A program made the translations under genes and the position numbers. Below, in pieces: positions 36,827-46,455 of a DNA stretch of 64,000 nucleotides. The DNA comes from Candidatus Falkowbacteria bacterium GW2011_GWF2_43_32 (lineage in GTDB: Bacteria; Patescibacteriota; Patescibacteriia; Patescibacteriales; UBA12465): the NCBI GenBank assembly GCA_000999715.1, contig LCGL01000003.1:90942-154941 (forward strand), given 5' to 3'. Numbering within the stretch: position 1 is the stretch's first letter; each line of letters starts with the position of its first letter. Below the pieces are notes generated by a model. It saw nothing but the letters and a program-made list of their open reading frames with translations, did no database searches and was not told the DNA's origin.

Positions 36827-38054
36827 ATTTAGATTCAGTATAATTAATTTTTCTAAATATTCCGCTGAAAGATATGCTAAGCAAAACGGAAAAACTAAAA
36901 ATAAAAATTAAACCAATTTTATCTAAAGGATTCCTGAACATAGAAAAAAATGGGTAACGAGTAAATAAAAAGGTATAAACCGCCCCAATAGGGGATTTCG
37001 GCCCGTTAATCAAAAGAAAACTGCTTATTGTTAAAAAGCCAAAAATAATAATATTTTTTTTATGTCTTCTATAAAAGAAAAACGAAGAATAACAAAGAAT
37101 CGCGATTAAAAATCCCAAACTTATAAAAAGCGGAGTTTTATAAATTGCGCTATATGGGTAATATAAGTCTCCTTTATAACTGCCAAAAAAACCAAAATGC
37201 CCCATAAATCTAAACCCTTCAGCTACTTTTTGAAAACTGGCATCACCAATATATTCCAAATTAACCGTAGGCGCAGAAGTGGCGGAATTTATATCTTTAC
37301 CTATATTATATAATGCCGGTATAACCGCGTGCGACCAGGCCAGAAAAAAGGATAAGCATATTAAGAGTAAACTGAACAATCTTCTTTTTAAAAAAATTTT
37401 AAACCCTTTTCCCTCGACCTGAAAAATAAAATCTATGATCAAATAAAATAAAACCAAAACTATAAGCATTAAACCGATTAGCAAATTATTGATCCCGGGA
37501 GAAGATAAAAGAAGAAAGATAGTAAGTAAAACAAAATCTTTACGGTTTGGCTTGTTAAAAACCTTAATGCAATACAAGAGAATTATTGGCAAAAATGCAT
37601 AAATAAATAAAATTATTAGCAAATGCCAAAAGAATTGCAAGGAATATAAATTAAACATGTAAAAATTCGCCCCCAAAAATGCCGCGGCGCTAACATATTT
37701 ATCCTGTAAAATATATTTAATAAATGAAAAAAAAGAGAAACCGGAAATAAATAATAAACTAGAAAATAATAATTTCTGAATTATTGCAAACGATAACCCG
37801 ATTTTCGATAATATAAAAATAGGAAATCGAAAAAACAATAGTAACGACACGCCCCGACTTTGCATCCCTCCTAAATTAACATCTTTCCAGGTAAAGCTAT
37901 GCGTGTATAGTTCTAAAGTGGGATCAAATATAAACGGGGTATCGGCAATACTAAGTATTTGATGTTTAAACCAAAAAAAAGGAAGGATAGATCCTAAAAA
38001 AATTAAAAATATAAATATTTTATTTTGATATTTTTCTAAAAAAATACTTATCAT
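36816..38054 (-). CDS. Polytopic membrane protein, GT-C-like (AftD/DUF3367-like N-terminal region)
   Basis: 412 aa with about 10 or more TM segments. The first loop ADTPFIFDPTLELYTHSFTWKDVNLGGMQSRGVSLLLF resembles, from memory, the GDTKLDL..DP...W....FG.vQNQ loop of DUF3367/AftD enzymes. Confidence 0.45.
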   Translation of the reverse strand: MISIFLEKYQNKIFIFLIFLGSILPFFWFKHQILSIADTPFIFDPTLELYTHSFTWKDVNLGGMQSRGVSLLLFFRFPIFILSKIGLSFAIIQKLLFSSLLFISGFSFFSFIKYILQDKYVSAAAFLGANFYMFNLYSLQFFWHLLIILFIYAFLPIILLYCIKVFNKPNRKDFVLLTIFLLLSSPGINNLLIGLMLIVLVLFYLIIDFIFQVEGKGFKIFLKRRLFSLLLICLSFFLAWSHAVIPALYNIGKDINSATSAPTVNLEYIGDASFQKVAEGFRFMGHFGFFGSYKGDLYYPYSAIYKTPLFISLGFLIAILCYSSFFFYRRHKKNIIIFGFLTISSFLLINGPKSPIGAVYTFLFTRYPFFSMFRNPLDKIGLIFIFSFSVLLSISFSGIFRKINYTESKYEN

Positions 38055-38063
38055 AAAATAATA

Positions 38064-39212
38064 TTATCTTAAATCATTTAAAATATTTAAAAAATTTTCT
38101 TTTGTCAGACGCCGGGGATTATTTTTCATCCTGTCATGATTAAAACCGTTCTTAATAATAACTCTTATATCTTTATTACTAATACCTAAAGCACTTAATT
38201 TGGTTTCAAGTCCGACATTTTTTAATAATCTATGAATTTTATTTTTAGCCCCATGAACATCTGAAACACCGAATAAACCGATTAAATCTCTTATGGTTCT
38301 TTTTACATATTCAATCCCCCTTTTATCCATAATGTCTTCCGTCCCGACCTGACTATTATAAACCAACATACTTCCCAAGGTTAACGCGACCGCTTGTCCA
38401 TGGGGCACGCCGAAATAAGAAGTAATCGGATAAGAAATAGCATGGCAAGCTGTTGTTTCCGAAATATTAATGGCGCGGCCAGAGAGATTGGCCGCCCGAC
38501 TCATCGCTAATTTTGCCGAACGATTTGAATGCTTCACGGCTTTTTGAAAATTTTTTAAAATCAATTTAATCGCCTGAGCGGCGTATTTTTTCGATTCCGG
38601 GGTGGACTTTACGCTCCAATATGATTCAAGCGCCTGAGACAGAGCATCGGCTCCGGTCGCGGCCGCGATCTTTTTATCCAAACTGAGAGTAAATTGCGGA
38701 TCAATAATAGCACAATCCGGCAAAATATAAGGATGCTTTAAAGAATATTTATGTTTACCGATATAGATAACGGAAAATTGGGTTGCTTCACTGCCGGTGC
38801 CAGCTGTTGTGGGAATCGCCACTAATTTTTTACCCGGCTCTTTTATCTTCTTCTTTTTCAAAATATAATCTTTAGGGGAAGCGCCTTGAGCGGCTAAAAT
38901 ATTTATAGTTTTAGCAACATCGATCGCGCTTCCGCCGCCGATTGCAATTACCAAATCCGGATTATATTTTTTAAATAATTTTAAACCTCTTTTAATATCA
39001 ACTAAATTCGGATTAGACGAAAAGCCCGTAAAATTAAAAACAGAATATTTTTCAAAAACCGGCCGCAGTAATTTTTCCGCTCCGCAAAGCTTATAGGCCA
39101 TTTTTCCGGATACTAAAAAAATTTTCTTGACCTTATTATGGCCAAGATACTTATCTAAATTTTTAATAGCCCCCAAGCCGATATAGTTCTTTTGTGATGT
39201 TTTATCCTTCAT
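38064..39212 (-). CDS. Group III iron-type alcohol dehydrogenase; by context, phosphonoacetaldehyde reductase (FomC/PhpC-like)
   Basis: 382 aa. DLVIAIGGGSAIDVAK motif and His-rich metal-site region (ACHAISYPITSYFGVPHG). Overlaps the stop of the phosphonopyruvate decarboxylase gene by 1 nt. Confidence 0.75.
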   Translation of the reverse strand: MKDKTSQKNYIGLGAIKNLDKYLGHNKVKKIFLVSGKMAYKLCGAEKLLRPVFEKYSVFNFTGFSSNPNLVDIKRGLKLFKKYNPDLVIAIGGGSAIDVAKTINILAAQGASPKDYILKKKKIKEPGKKLVAIPTTAGTGSEATQFSVIYIGKHKYSLKHPYILPDCAIIDPQFTLSLDKKIAAATGADALSQALESYWSVKSTPESKKYAAQAIKLILKNFQKAVKHSNRSAKLAMSRAANLSGRAINISETTACHAISYPITSYFGVPHGQAVALTLGSMLVYNSQVGTEDIMDKRGIEYVKRTIRDLIGLFGVSDVHGAKNKIHRLLKNVGLETKLSALGISNKDIRVIIKNGFNHDRMKNNPRRLTKENFLNILNDLR

Positions 39213-40336
39213 TATTTTTTTAAAAAATTCATAAAATCCTTTTTGTTTTCAATCGGACTGATATTCGGACGACCAAGATCCTCCCGGGATGAAGTATTAA
39301 CCATTATTTCTATCAAAGACGGCCCGAAACTCTCTTGCGTTAAAGCAATATATTTCTTAATATCCTCCGGATTCTCCGCCCGATAAACATTTTTATATCC
39401 GCAAGCCCGAGCCAAAGATTGAATATCGATATTAAAAGCGGCGGTCGGTTGGCCACCGACTGACTCATGGCAACCGTTATTTAAAATTATGTGATGAAAA
39501 TTTTTCGGAGCAACCGAACCGATAACCGCCAAAGACCCCATATGCATAATCAGCGCGCCGTCGCCATCCAAACAATATACTCGCCGGTCTTTTTTCCGCG
39601 CGGCGATTCCTAAAGCGATTGAAGAAGAATGCCCCATCGAGCCGACCGTTAAAAAATCTTTATCATGGCTTTGACCCAAATAATCGCGGTATTCAAACAG
39701 CTCTCGCGAAGTTTTACCGGTTGTAGAAACAACAACATCTTCCGGCAATAAAGCGTCAACAATACATTTAATCGCTTCTTCACGCGAAACAGGATAATTA
39801 TTAGTCGCCTTATTTTGCAAAGAATATTTTTCAAAAGTATCTTTTTTAACAATTAAAGCATAAGGGGAATTATTATCTCTTAAATATTTACAGGCCTTAT
39901 CCAAACAAATATTTGCCTCTTCTTTCGAGGCCGGCAAAATATCGTAAGGAATAGACAAAGCTTCCAGTAATTTAGTCGTAATTTTTCCTTGCTTAATATG
40001 CTGGGGCTCATCTTTTTCGCCGGGTTCGCCGCGCCAACCAATAATTATCAACATCGGGATACTATAGACCTCGGAGTCGGCCAAAGAAACCAAAGGATTG
40101 ATAGCGTTTCCGATTCCCGAATTTTGCATATAAACCAAGCCGAAATTCCCCGTAGCCAAATAATGTCCGGCCGCTAAAGCAATAGCATTCCCCTCGTTAG
40201 CGCTAATAATATGATTTTCTCCGGCCTGATCCATTAAATAGGCACAAAAATTTTTCAATAAAGAATCCGGAACGCCGGCAAAAAAATCAATCTTTTTCTC
40301 CTTTAATAAACTGTAAAAATCTTGGCAATTGATCAT
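39212..40336 (-). CDS. ppd: Phosphonopyruvate decarboxylase (ThDP-dependent)
   Basis: 374 aa. FFAGVPDSLLKNFCAYL, ANEGNAIALAAGHYLATG, YMQNSGIGNAINPL, IGWRGEPGEKDEPQH, and the ThDP motif GDGALIMHMG...NNGCHESVGG. Confidence 0.9.
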   Translation of the reverse strand: MINCQDFYSLLKEKKIDFFAGVPDSLLKNFCAYLMDQAGENHIISANEGNAIALAAGHYLATGNFGLVYMQNSGIGNAINPLVSLADSEVYSIPMLIIIGWRGEPGEKDEPQHIKQGKITTKLLEALSIPYDILPASKEEANICLDKACKYLRDNNSPYALIVKKDTFEKYSLQNKATNNYPVSREEAIKCIVDALLPEDVVVSTTGKTSRELFEYRDYLGQSHDKDFLTVGSMGHSSSIALGIAARKKDRRVYCLDGDGALIMHMGSLAVIGSVAPKNFHHIILNNGCHESVGGQPTAAFNIDIQSLARACGYKNVYRAENPEDIKKYIALTQESFGPSLIEIMVNTSSREDLGRPNISPIENKKDFMNFLKK

Positions 40337-40337
40337 A

Positions 40338-41645
40338 TTATTTCCCTCCCGGGATTAAAGTTAAAATTTCTTTAATCGATAAACATTCGTTCTCACATTC
40401 ATAAGATCTTTCGTTAAGTAAAATTGATTTAGCCGTATTAACCATTGCCGGATAAGCACTACGTAAGAGATGATTCGCATAAATTATAATATTCACTCCG
40501 GCCTCGATTAATTCGCTCTCATAAATTTTATTAAAACTTGAAGGTACAACTACAAGCGGCACTTTCCTTTCAAATTTTTTATATTCCCGACAAAATTCCA
40601 ATATTTCATCCGCTTCTTTTTCCCGGCTATGAATCATTATTCCGTCGGCGCCGGCCTCAATATAAGCCCGAGCGCGCTTAACCGCGTCATCTAGACCTTT
40701 CTTAAGAATTAAACTCTCAATTCTGGCGATAATCATAAAATCATCCGTCACCTGAGCCTTTTTACCCATGGAAATCTTATGGCAAAAACTATCAATATTA
40801 TCCTGAGTTTGTTCAACATCCGTTCCAAATAAGGAATTCTTTTTTAAACCAATTTTATCTTCAATGATAACAGCCGAGACCCCCATTCTTTCCAAGGTCT
40901 TAACACCGAAAACAAAATGTTCAGGAATGCCACCGGTATCTCCATCAAAAATTATCGGCTTAGTTGTTACTTCCATAATATCATTGACCGTAGTCAATCG
41001 AGAAGTCAAGTCCACGCATTCAATATCTGGCTTCCCTTTAGCCGTTGAATCCGTCAAGCTACTCAACCACATACCGTCAAATTCCTTAATTCCCTTTTCA
41101 TTTTTTATTTTAAGATTATCCACAATTAAGCCGGTCAAACCATTATGCGCCTCCATGATTCTTAAAGCCGGCTTTACCTCCAATAACCTCTTTAATCTTT
41201 TCATTCTTATCTCCGGCGTTGTTCCGATCTCATGCATCTTTTCGTGCAATAAAGTCGAAGAAATTCCTTTCGTGTAAGGAAATTCTATTAATTCTCCACC
41301 CCAATCTTTCAAGGCCTCTATAACTCTGGCTCTGGCTTCTTTCTGCGCCCCTTCTTTCCAATCATCGCCATGGACGACATAATCCGGTTTTATCTCTTTT
41401 AAATTCGAAACATAATCTAAGGTATCTTGAGGTACAACTCTGATAACTCCTTTTAAGCTTTCCATAATCTCCTTTCTTTGTTCAAAAGCCAAAGCCGGTA
41501 AACGCTTATAACTGGCAATCGCCTTATCGGTCAATAATCCAATAACAACCTCGCCAAGTTCTTTGGCGCGATTGATTATATTTAAATGGCCGGGATGAAT
41601 TAAATCAGCACTCATGCCGACATATGCTATTTTTGGTTTATTCAT
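40338..41645 (-). CDS. pepM: Bifunctional cytidylyltransferase / phosphoenolpyruvate mutase (Fom1/PntC-PepM-type fusion)
   Basis: 435 aa. The N-terminal [27 protein letters not shown] carries the HxGH nucleotidyltransferase motif. The C-terminal domain has [12 protein letters not shown] and the PepM-diagnostic EDK-x5-NS ([15 protein letters not shown]). Confidence 0.9.
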   Translation of the reverse strand: MNKPKIAYVGMSADLIHPGHLNIINRAKELGEVVIGLLTDKAIASYKRLPALAFEQRKEIMESLKGVIRVVPQDTLDYVSNLKEIKPDYVVHGDDWKEGAQKEARARVIEALKDWGGELIEFPYTKGISSTLLHEKMHEIGTTPEIRMKRLKRLLEVKPALRIMEAHNGLTGLIVDNLKIKNEKGIKEFDGMWLSSLTDSTAKGKPDIECVDLTSRLTTVNDIMEVTTKPIIFDGDTGGIPEHFVFGVKTLERMGVSAVIIEDKIGLKKNSLFGTDVEQTQDNIDSFCHKISMGKKAQVTDDFMIIARIESLILKKGLDDAVKRARAYIEAGADGIMIHSREKEADEILEFCREYKKFERKVPLVVVPSSFNKIYESELIEAGVNIIIYANHLLRSAYPAMVNTAKSILLNERSYECENECLSIKEILTLIPGGK

Positions 41646-41710
41646 ATATTTTTAAAAAAATAAATTTATCTTCAGCTTTCAATAGAAATAAAGATTCAAA
41701 AATTAACTAC

Positions 41711-43150
41711 TTAATCTCTGATCAATCCGTTAAGACGCTTTAACAATAAATCGGCACCCTTTCTAGAATGATCCATAACTTCACTTCTTTTTAATAAACT
41801 AAATAATTCCGAAATCTTCTGAGAAAATTTAACAAATTTTTCCTTCCTTTTAACATGGATGGAATAAATCCTATTATGTATCGTTGTTTGTTTTCTCTCA
41901 ATGTCAGAATTAAAAAGAATTTCATGTTCCTTCTCTCCCGGGCGTCGACCAATAACTTTAAAATTAACTTCGGATATCTTGTACCCCCTAACCCTGGCTA
42001 AACATTTAGCCAATTCGAGGATATTAACCGGATCACCCATCTTTAGTATATATTTCCCACCGTCACTTTTAGCCATAAAACTGGCCTGCAAGACCAAATG
42101 AACCGCTTCAGGAATAGTCATAAAATAACGGGTCATTTTCGGGTCAGTAACCGTAACTATCTTATTCTTATCAATCTGGCTAAGAAAAATCTCGACCGCG
42201 CTTCCGCTACTATTAAATACGTTACCGAAACGAACAGTCGTATACATTGTTTTAATAAAAATATCAGTAAAATATTCAACTATTTTCTCTGCCAAGCGCT
42301 TGGTTTTCCCCATTACATTACAAGGGGAAACGGCCTTATCGGTTGAAATTAAAACAAATTTCTGACAACGAAATTTACCGGCCAAATTAGCGACATGATA
42401 AGTGCCAAAAACATTATTAAAAATTCCTTCATAAATCTGAGCTTCGATAATCGGCACATGTTTATAAGCGGCGGCATGAAATACAATATCTATATTATGA
42501 TCTTTGAATAATCTTTTCAAAAGCGAAAAATTATTTATATTTCCGAGAATAAATATAACCTTGGTTGACTTATTAAGACCCGATATTTCATTAAGAAGTC
42601 GCTTAACATTAAATAAATTCTTTTCAACGCAATCTAAAATAACAAGTTTTTTTGGCCTTAAAAGATAAATCTGTTTTGATAATTCTGTTCCGATTGATCC
42701 GCCGCCACCCGTAACCAGCAAGGTTTTTTCCTTGAAATATCCGTCTAATTTTAGTTGGTCGGACTTTATTATCGCCTCCCCTACAATATCCTCAATCTCA
42801 ACCGATCTTAAATTCTTATAAGAAGCTTCATTATTAAAAACGACCTCCGATGCACGTGGCAATAATAATAATTCAATCTTATTATCTTCTCCCAGTAATA
42901 ACAAAATTTTCCTTATAAAGGATCCTCGTTCTGAAGGAACGGCAATAATAACGCTATCAATTTGATTCTTCCTGACTATTTTAGGCAAATCATTAATCGG
43001 ACCGAGGATAAATAATTTATTTCCGCTCCCCTTCTTAACCTGATCATCAACAAAACCAACTACTTTCCATTGTAAATCTTTTTGCTCCTTAATATTATTT
43101 AGGAGAAGCAAGCCGGCCTGACCGGCTCCAACAATTAATACTTTACGCAT
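41711..43150 (-). CDS. Nucleotide-sugar 4,6-dehydratase, CapD/PglF/WbpM-like (soluble form)
   Basis: 479 aa. Two Rossmann regions (VLIVGAGQAG; TLLVTGGGGSIGTELSKQI) and HAAAYKHVP. Confidence 0.85.
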   Translation of the reverse strand: MRKVLIVGAGQAGLLLLNNIKEQKDLQWKVVGFVDDQVKKGSGNKLFILGPINDLPKIVRKNQIDSVIIAVPSERGSFIRKILLLLGEDNKIELLLLPRASEVVFNNEASYKNLRSVEIEDIVGEAIIKSDQLKLDGYFKEKTLLVTGGGGSIGTELSKQIYLLRPKKLVILDCVEKNLFNVKRLLNEISGLNKSTKVIFILGNINNFSLLKRLFKDHNIDIVFHAAAYKHVPIIEAQIYEGIFNNVFGTYHVANLAGKFRCQKFVLISTDKAVSPCNVMGKTKRLAEKIVEYFTDIFIKTMYTTVRFGNVFNSSGSAVEIFLSQIDKNKIVTVTDPKMTRYFMTIPEAVHLVLQASFMAKSDGGKYILKMGDPVNILELAKCLARVRGYKISEVNFKVIGRRPGEKEHEILFNSDIERKQTTIHNRIYSIHVKRKEKFVKFSQKISELFSLLKRSEVMDHSRKGADLLLKRLNGLIRD

Positions 43151-43157
43151 AGATTAT

Positions 43158-44048
43158 TTATAATAAATTTCTTTCTTTAAGGCACCATAAAAGAGAATCC
43201 TCCAGACTGTATTGGGGCCGCCATTGATAATCTTTGACTACTTTACTGATATCGCAAGCCGTCTTATTAAGGGACTCGTTTTTATTTTCAATTAAAACTT
43301 CGGGGTTGGGCAAATTATACTGTTGCAAAATCTTTTTTAGTTTATTCAGTACTTCTCCGTAACTTATGTTGCTGCCAGAGGCTATATTATATAAAAATGA
43401 TTTACTGGGGGAGACCATAATCACACCTAATAACCGACAAAAATCACGAATGTCTAAAAAATCTCTCTCAATTTCTAGACTATTAATTAAGACCTGGCCT
43501 TTTTCTCTTTCCGCTACTGCTTTTAGCACGGCGCCGATAAAAGAACGTGGCGGCAAGGACGGGGTAATTACATTAGATAGTCTTAATACTTGAACATCGA
43601 TATTAAAGTTAGAATAATAGTAATAGCATAACGCCGTTTGAAGCAACTTTGATTCGCCATATAGAGTACTCGGGCGAGGAGCCGTATCCTCATTTATTAA
43701 ACCGCTCCTCGGATATTCAGCGGCCGAATTTATAACAATATATCTTTTTTTTCGACCGACCTCATTAATAAAAAATTTATTTAAAACAAAGCTATTAAGC
43801 TTAAAATCATCTAAATTATCAACCGCAATTTTCCCCGCACAATGAATAATAAGATCAATTTTTTTATCTTCTAATATATTAGCTATCTGATGATCGGATA
43901 TCTCTAACAAATCAAACCGTAGATCCGCCCCCATTCCTCTTGATAAGGTTAAAACCTTGTGGCCCGCTGATAAATACTTAGTTAAATAAGCCCCAATACT
44001 ACCATTGCCACCAGTAATTAGTATATTCATATTACAAATGTTTAACAA
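43158..44048 (-). CDS. NAD-dependent epimerase/dehydratase (SDR) family protein
   Basis: 296 aa. NILITGGNGSIGAYL Rossmann motif and YGESK (Y-x3-K). Confidence 0.75.
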   Translation of the reverse strand: MLNICNMNILITGGNGSIGAYLTKYLSAGHKVLTLSRGMGADLRFDLLEISDHQIANILEDKKIDLIIHCAGKIAVDNLDDFKLNSFVLNKFFINEVGRKKRYIVINSAAEYPRSGLINEDTAPRPSTLYGESKLLQTALCYYYYSNFNIDVQVLRLSNVITPSLPPRSFIGAVLKAVAEREKGQVLINSLEIERDFLDIRDFCRLLGVIMVSPSKSFLYNIASGSNISYGEVLNKLKKILQQYNLPNPEVLIENKNESLNKTACDISKVVKDYQWRPQYSLEDSLLWCLKERNLL

Positions 44049-45216
44049 TAAAGTTATATAACCGTTGAGAGGATAGACCGTCTTGATAATAATTGAACTT
44101 ATCCTTAAACTTTTTATATTTATCCTGGTACTCTTGATTACTAAACCATTCTGGCAAGGTCGTGGCTAGGCGCAATAATTCCCCCTCATTTTTCGCAAAT
44201 GGCCCAAGCATATCCTGATAATAATCATAATACATTTCCCGGCAATTATCTATATAATTCTCATAATCATAGGAATAAAATATTACTGGCTTATTCAGCA
44301 AACAAAAATCAAAAACAATACCAGAATAATCAGTAATTAAAACGTCAACACTAGTTAAGTATTCTTGTAAATTATCAACGGAATAGGTAATATCTACGAT
44401 ATTTGAATAATCCTTATAGAGCTTAATATTGCGGTTAGCATTCTGATCGGCGATATGCCTTTTAATTAAAAAAATACCATTATTTTCCTTTAAAAAAGCG
44501 TTAAACTTATCTAAAAAACTCTCAGAAAAAGGAACTAAATCCGTATAATAATCTCGGAAGGTCGGCGCATAAAGAAAAATGGTTTTATATTTACTGAGAT
44601 CCAAACTGGGAATATCCTTTTTCTCGCCTTTGACTAAAATATCATCCCGCGCATAGCCGAGACAAACAACACTCTCGTTCCTAAAACCACTTTTCAAAAA
44701 ATCAATATCAGCTTTCGATTTAGTAATAATATATTTATATTGACGCCACTCTTTTCTCATAAAATAACTAAACCAACCTTTTTGATCATCTTTGTTATCA
44801 AAAAGTATTTTTTTGATTGGCACGCCATGCCATAGATTAATAACGTTGAATCTACCTAAGGTAAAGGCCACCCCGGAAACGTCTTGCATTGATTGCTCAA
44901 CAACGAAATAGTTGGCCCTAAAAACATGCCAAATTCCTTTTAAAGAATAGGGAAATATAACCGGCAAACCTTGTTTTTTAAACTTTTCATAAATTTTTCT
45001 ATTCTTAGTCATCCAATAATAATCAAGATCTTTAACATCATGTTCTACTAAATATAGATAAAGATATTTGGTGTTACCAATAAATCTGCTTCCTAAATTG
45101 GAACCTAATAAAATTAATTTTTTCTGTTTCGGGACTAAGTAAGAAATTACAAAAAACACTGGAATCAGCAAAATATTCCTCAATACTTTGACAACAAAAT
45201 TTAACTTTTTCTGCAT
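44032..45216 (-). CDS. CDP-glycerol glycerophosphotransferase (TagB/TagF) family protein
   Basis: 394 aa. FLYAPTFRDY and VLITDYSGIVFDFCLLNKPVIFYSYD are characteristic TagF-family blocks. Confidence 0.8.
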   Translation of the reverse strand: MQKKLNFVVKVLRNILLIPVFFVISYLVPKQKKLILLGSNLGSRFIGNTKYLYLYLVEHDVKDLDYYWMTKNRKIYEKFKKQGLPVIFPYSLKGIWHVFRANYFVVEQSMQDVSGVAFTLGRFNVINLWHGVPIKKILFDNKDDQKGWFSYFMRKEWRQYKYIITKSKADIDFLKSGFRNESVVCLGYARDDILVKGEKKDIPSLDLSKYKTIFLYAPTFRDYYTDLVPFSESFLDKFNAFLKENNGIFLIKRHIADQNANRNIKLYKDYSNIVDITYSVDNLQEYLTSVDVLITDYSGIVFDFCLLNKPVIFYSYDYENYIDNCREMYYDYYQDMLGPFAKNEGELLRLATTLPEWFSNQEYQDKYKKFKDKFNYYQDGLSSQRLYNFIVKHL

Positions 45217-45237
45217 AATATTATTTATAACGCATGG

Positions 45238-46455
45238 CTATCGATCACAATAATCTTCAAAATATGACTCAAAGCCATTTGCAGTTATATCCCAATCAAA
45301 CGTTTTGGAATAATTATAACCCTCTAGCGACTTTATTTTATATAATTCTTGATCAATTAATAATCTTTTTAAATTTTGAGCAAAAGCCTCATTGTCTCTA
45401 AAGGAGGCCTTTAGAACACCTGCCCTATGAGTATCGTAACAAGGCAAATCATATTCAACAACTGGGGTGCCGACGCTAATGGCGTCTAAATAAACCAAAC
45501 CAAAACTTTCGAAGAAAGAAGGAAAAAGCAAAATCTTCGACTTTTTTAAAAAATTATATTTCTCCACGCCATATTTTGGACCTAAAAACTTAAAATCATA
45601 ACCGATCTCCGCGATTTCTTTCTCGAGCCATCCCAAATAATCTCCCTTTTTCGGGCTTTCTTTTGGGGCAATAAATATTACTGATAATTTTTGATCATGG
45701 CTTTTTTTTAAGCGTCTCAAAATATCCGGGATTTCATCTGTTCCTTTCTGCGTATGGAAGCGGCCCAAAAAACAAATGTCATAAAGTTTATTTTCCATGC
45801 TTGTTTCCGGTTCGCCGAAATACTCGCGCCCATACCTTATGACATGAAGGTTTGCATTTTTCTTCAACAGCTCTTCCCTATTAGTGGCGTTGCCACAGGC
45901 CAAAAGATCCGCTTTTTTTTGCATAAGAAAAAATAATTTCTGGTTCAACCATTGATAAACCTCAAAAAAATTAGGAATTCTAAATTTTTTAATATAAATA
46001 TGTTGACGGAGAAAAGGATTAGGAAAAACTAAATTATGGGTTACGGCAATCCAATAGGCCGTCGGATTCGCTAATTTTAAAAGAAAGGCAAAAAGCATAT
46101 TTGGCCAGGCGTCAAAATGAGAAACAATAATATTTTTTTCAGTATCGAATTTTTTAACGAATTTCAATGATTTAAAAATAATAATAAAATAACGAACCAA
46201 TATCTTAAATCGATCTCCAAGACTAGGATTATCTTTTAAAATATTAACAGTCCGAATACCACAAACTCCTGGTTCGACGGAAGATTGACTCCAACCGAAA
46301 TAATTAACCGAAGGATATTTTTTCGCCCACCTAGAAACCACTTCGTCGGTAAATTTCTCTCCTCCGCTCAAAGCGTTGCCGCAACGACAAATTGAAATAT
46401 TATGAATTGTCATTTTATTGTTTTTACTATCACCGCCCATAATTGTAATTACCAC
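45238..46455 (-). CDS. Glycosyltransferase family 4
   Basis: 405 aa. LLFPSFFESFGLVYLDAISVGTPVVEYD is the E-x7-E region. The true start may be the internal MTIHNISI. Confidence 0.75.
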   Translation of the reverse strand: MVITIMGGDSKNNKMTIHNISICRCGNALSGGEKFTDEVVSRWAKKYPSVNYFGWSQSSVEPGVCGIRTVNILKDNPSLGDRFKILVRYFIIIFKSLKFVKKFDTEKNIIVSHFDAWPNMLFAFLLKLANPTAYWIAVTHNLVFPNPFLRQHIYIKKFRIPNFFEVYQWLNQKLFFLMQKKADLLACGNATNREELLKKNANLHVIRYGREYFGEPETSMENKLYDICFLGRFHTQKGTDEIPDILRRLKKSHDQKLSVIFIAPKESPKKGDYLGWLEKEIAEIGYDFKFLGPKYGVEKYNFLKKSKILLFPSFFESFGLVYLDAISVGTPVVEYDLPCYDTHRAGVLKASFRDNEAFAQNLKRLLIDQELYKIKSLEGYNYSKTFDWDITANGFESYFEDYCDR

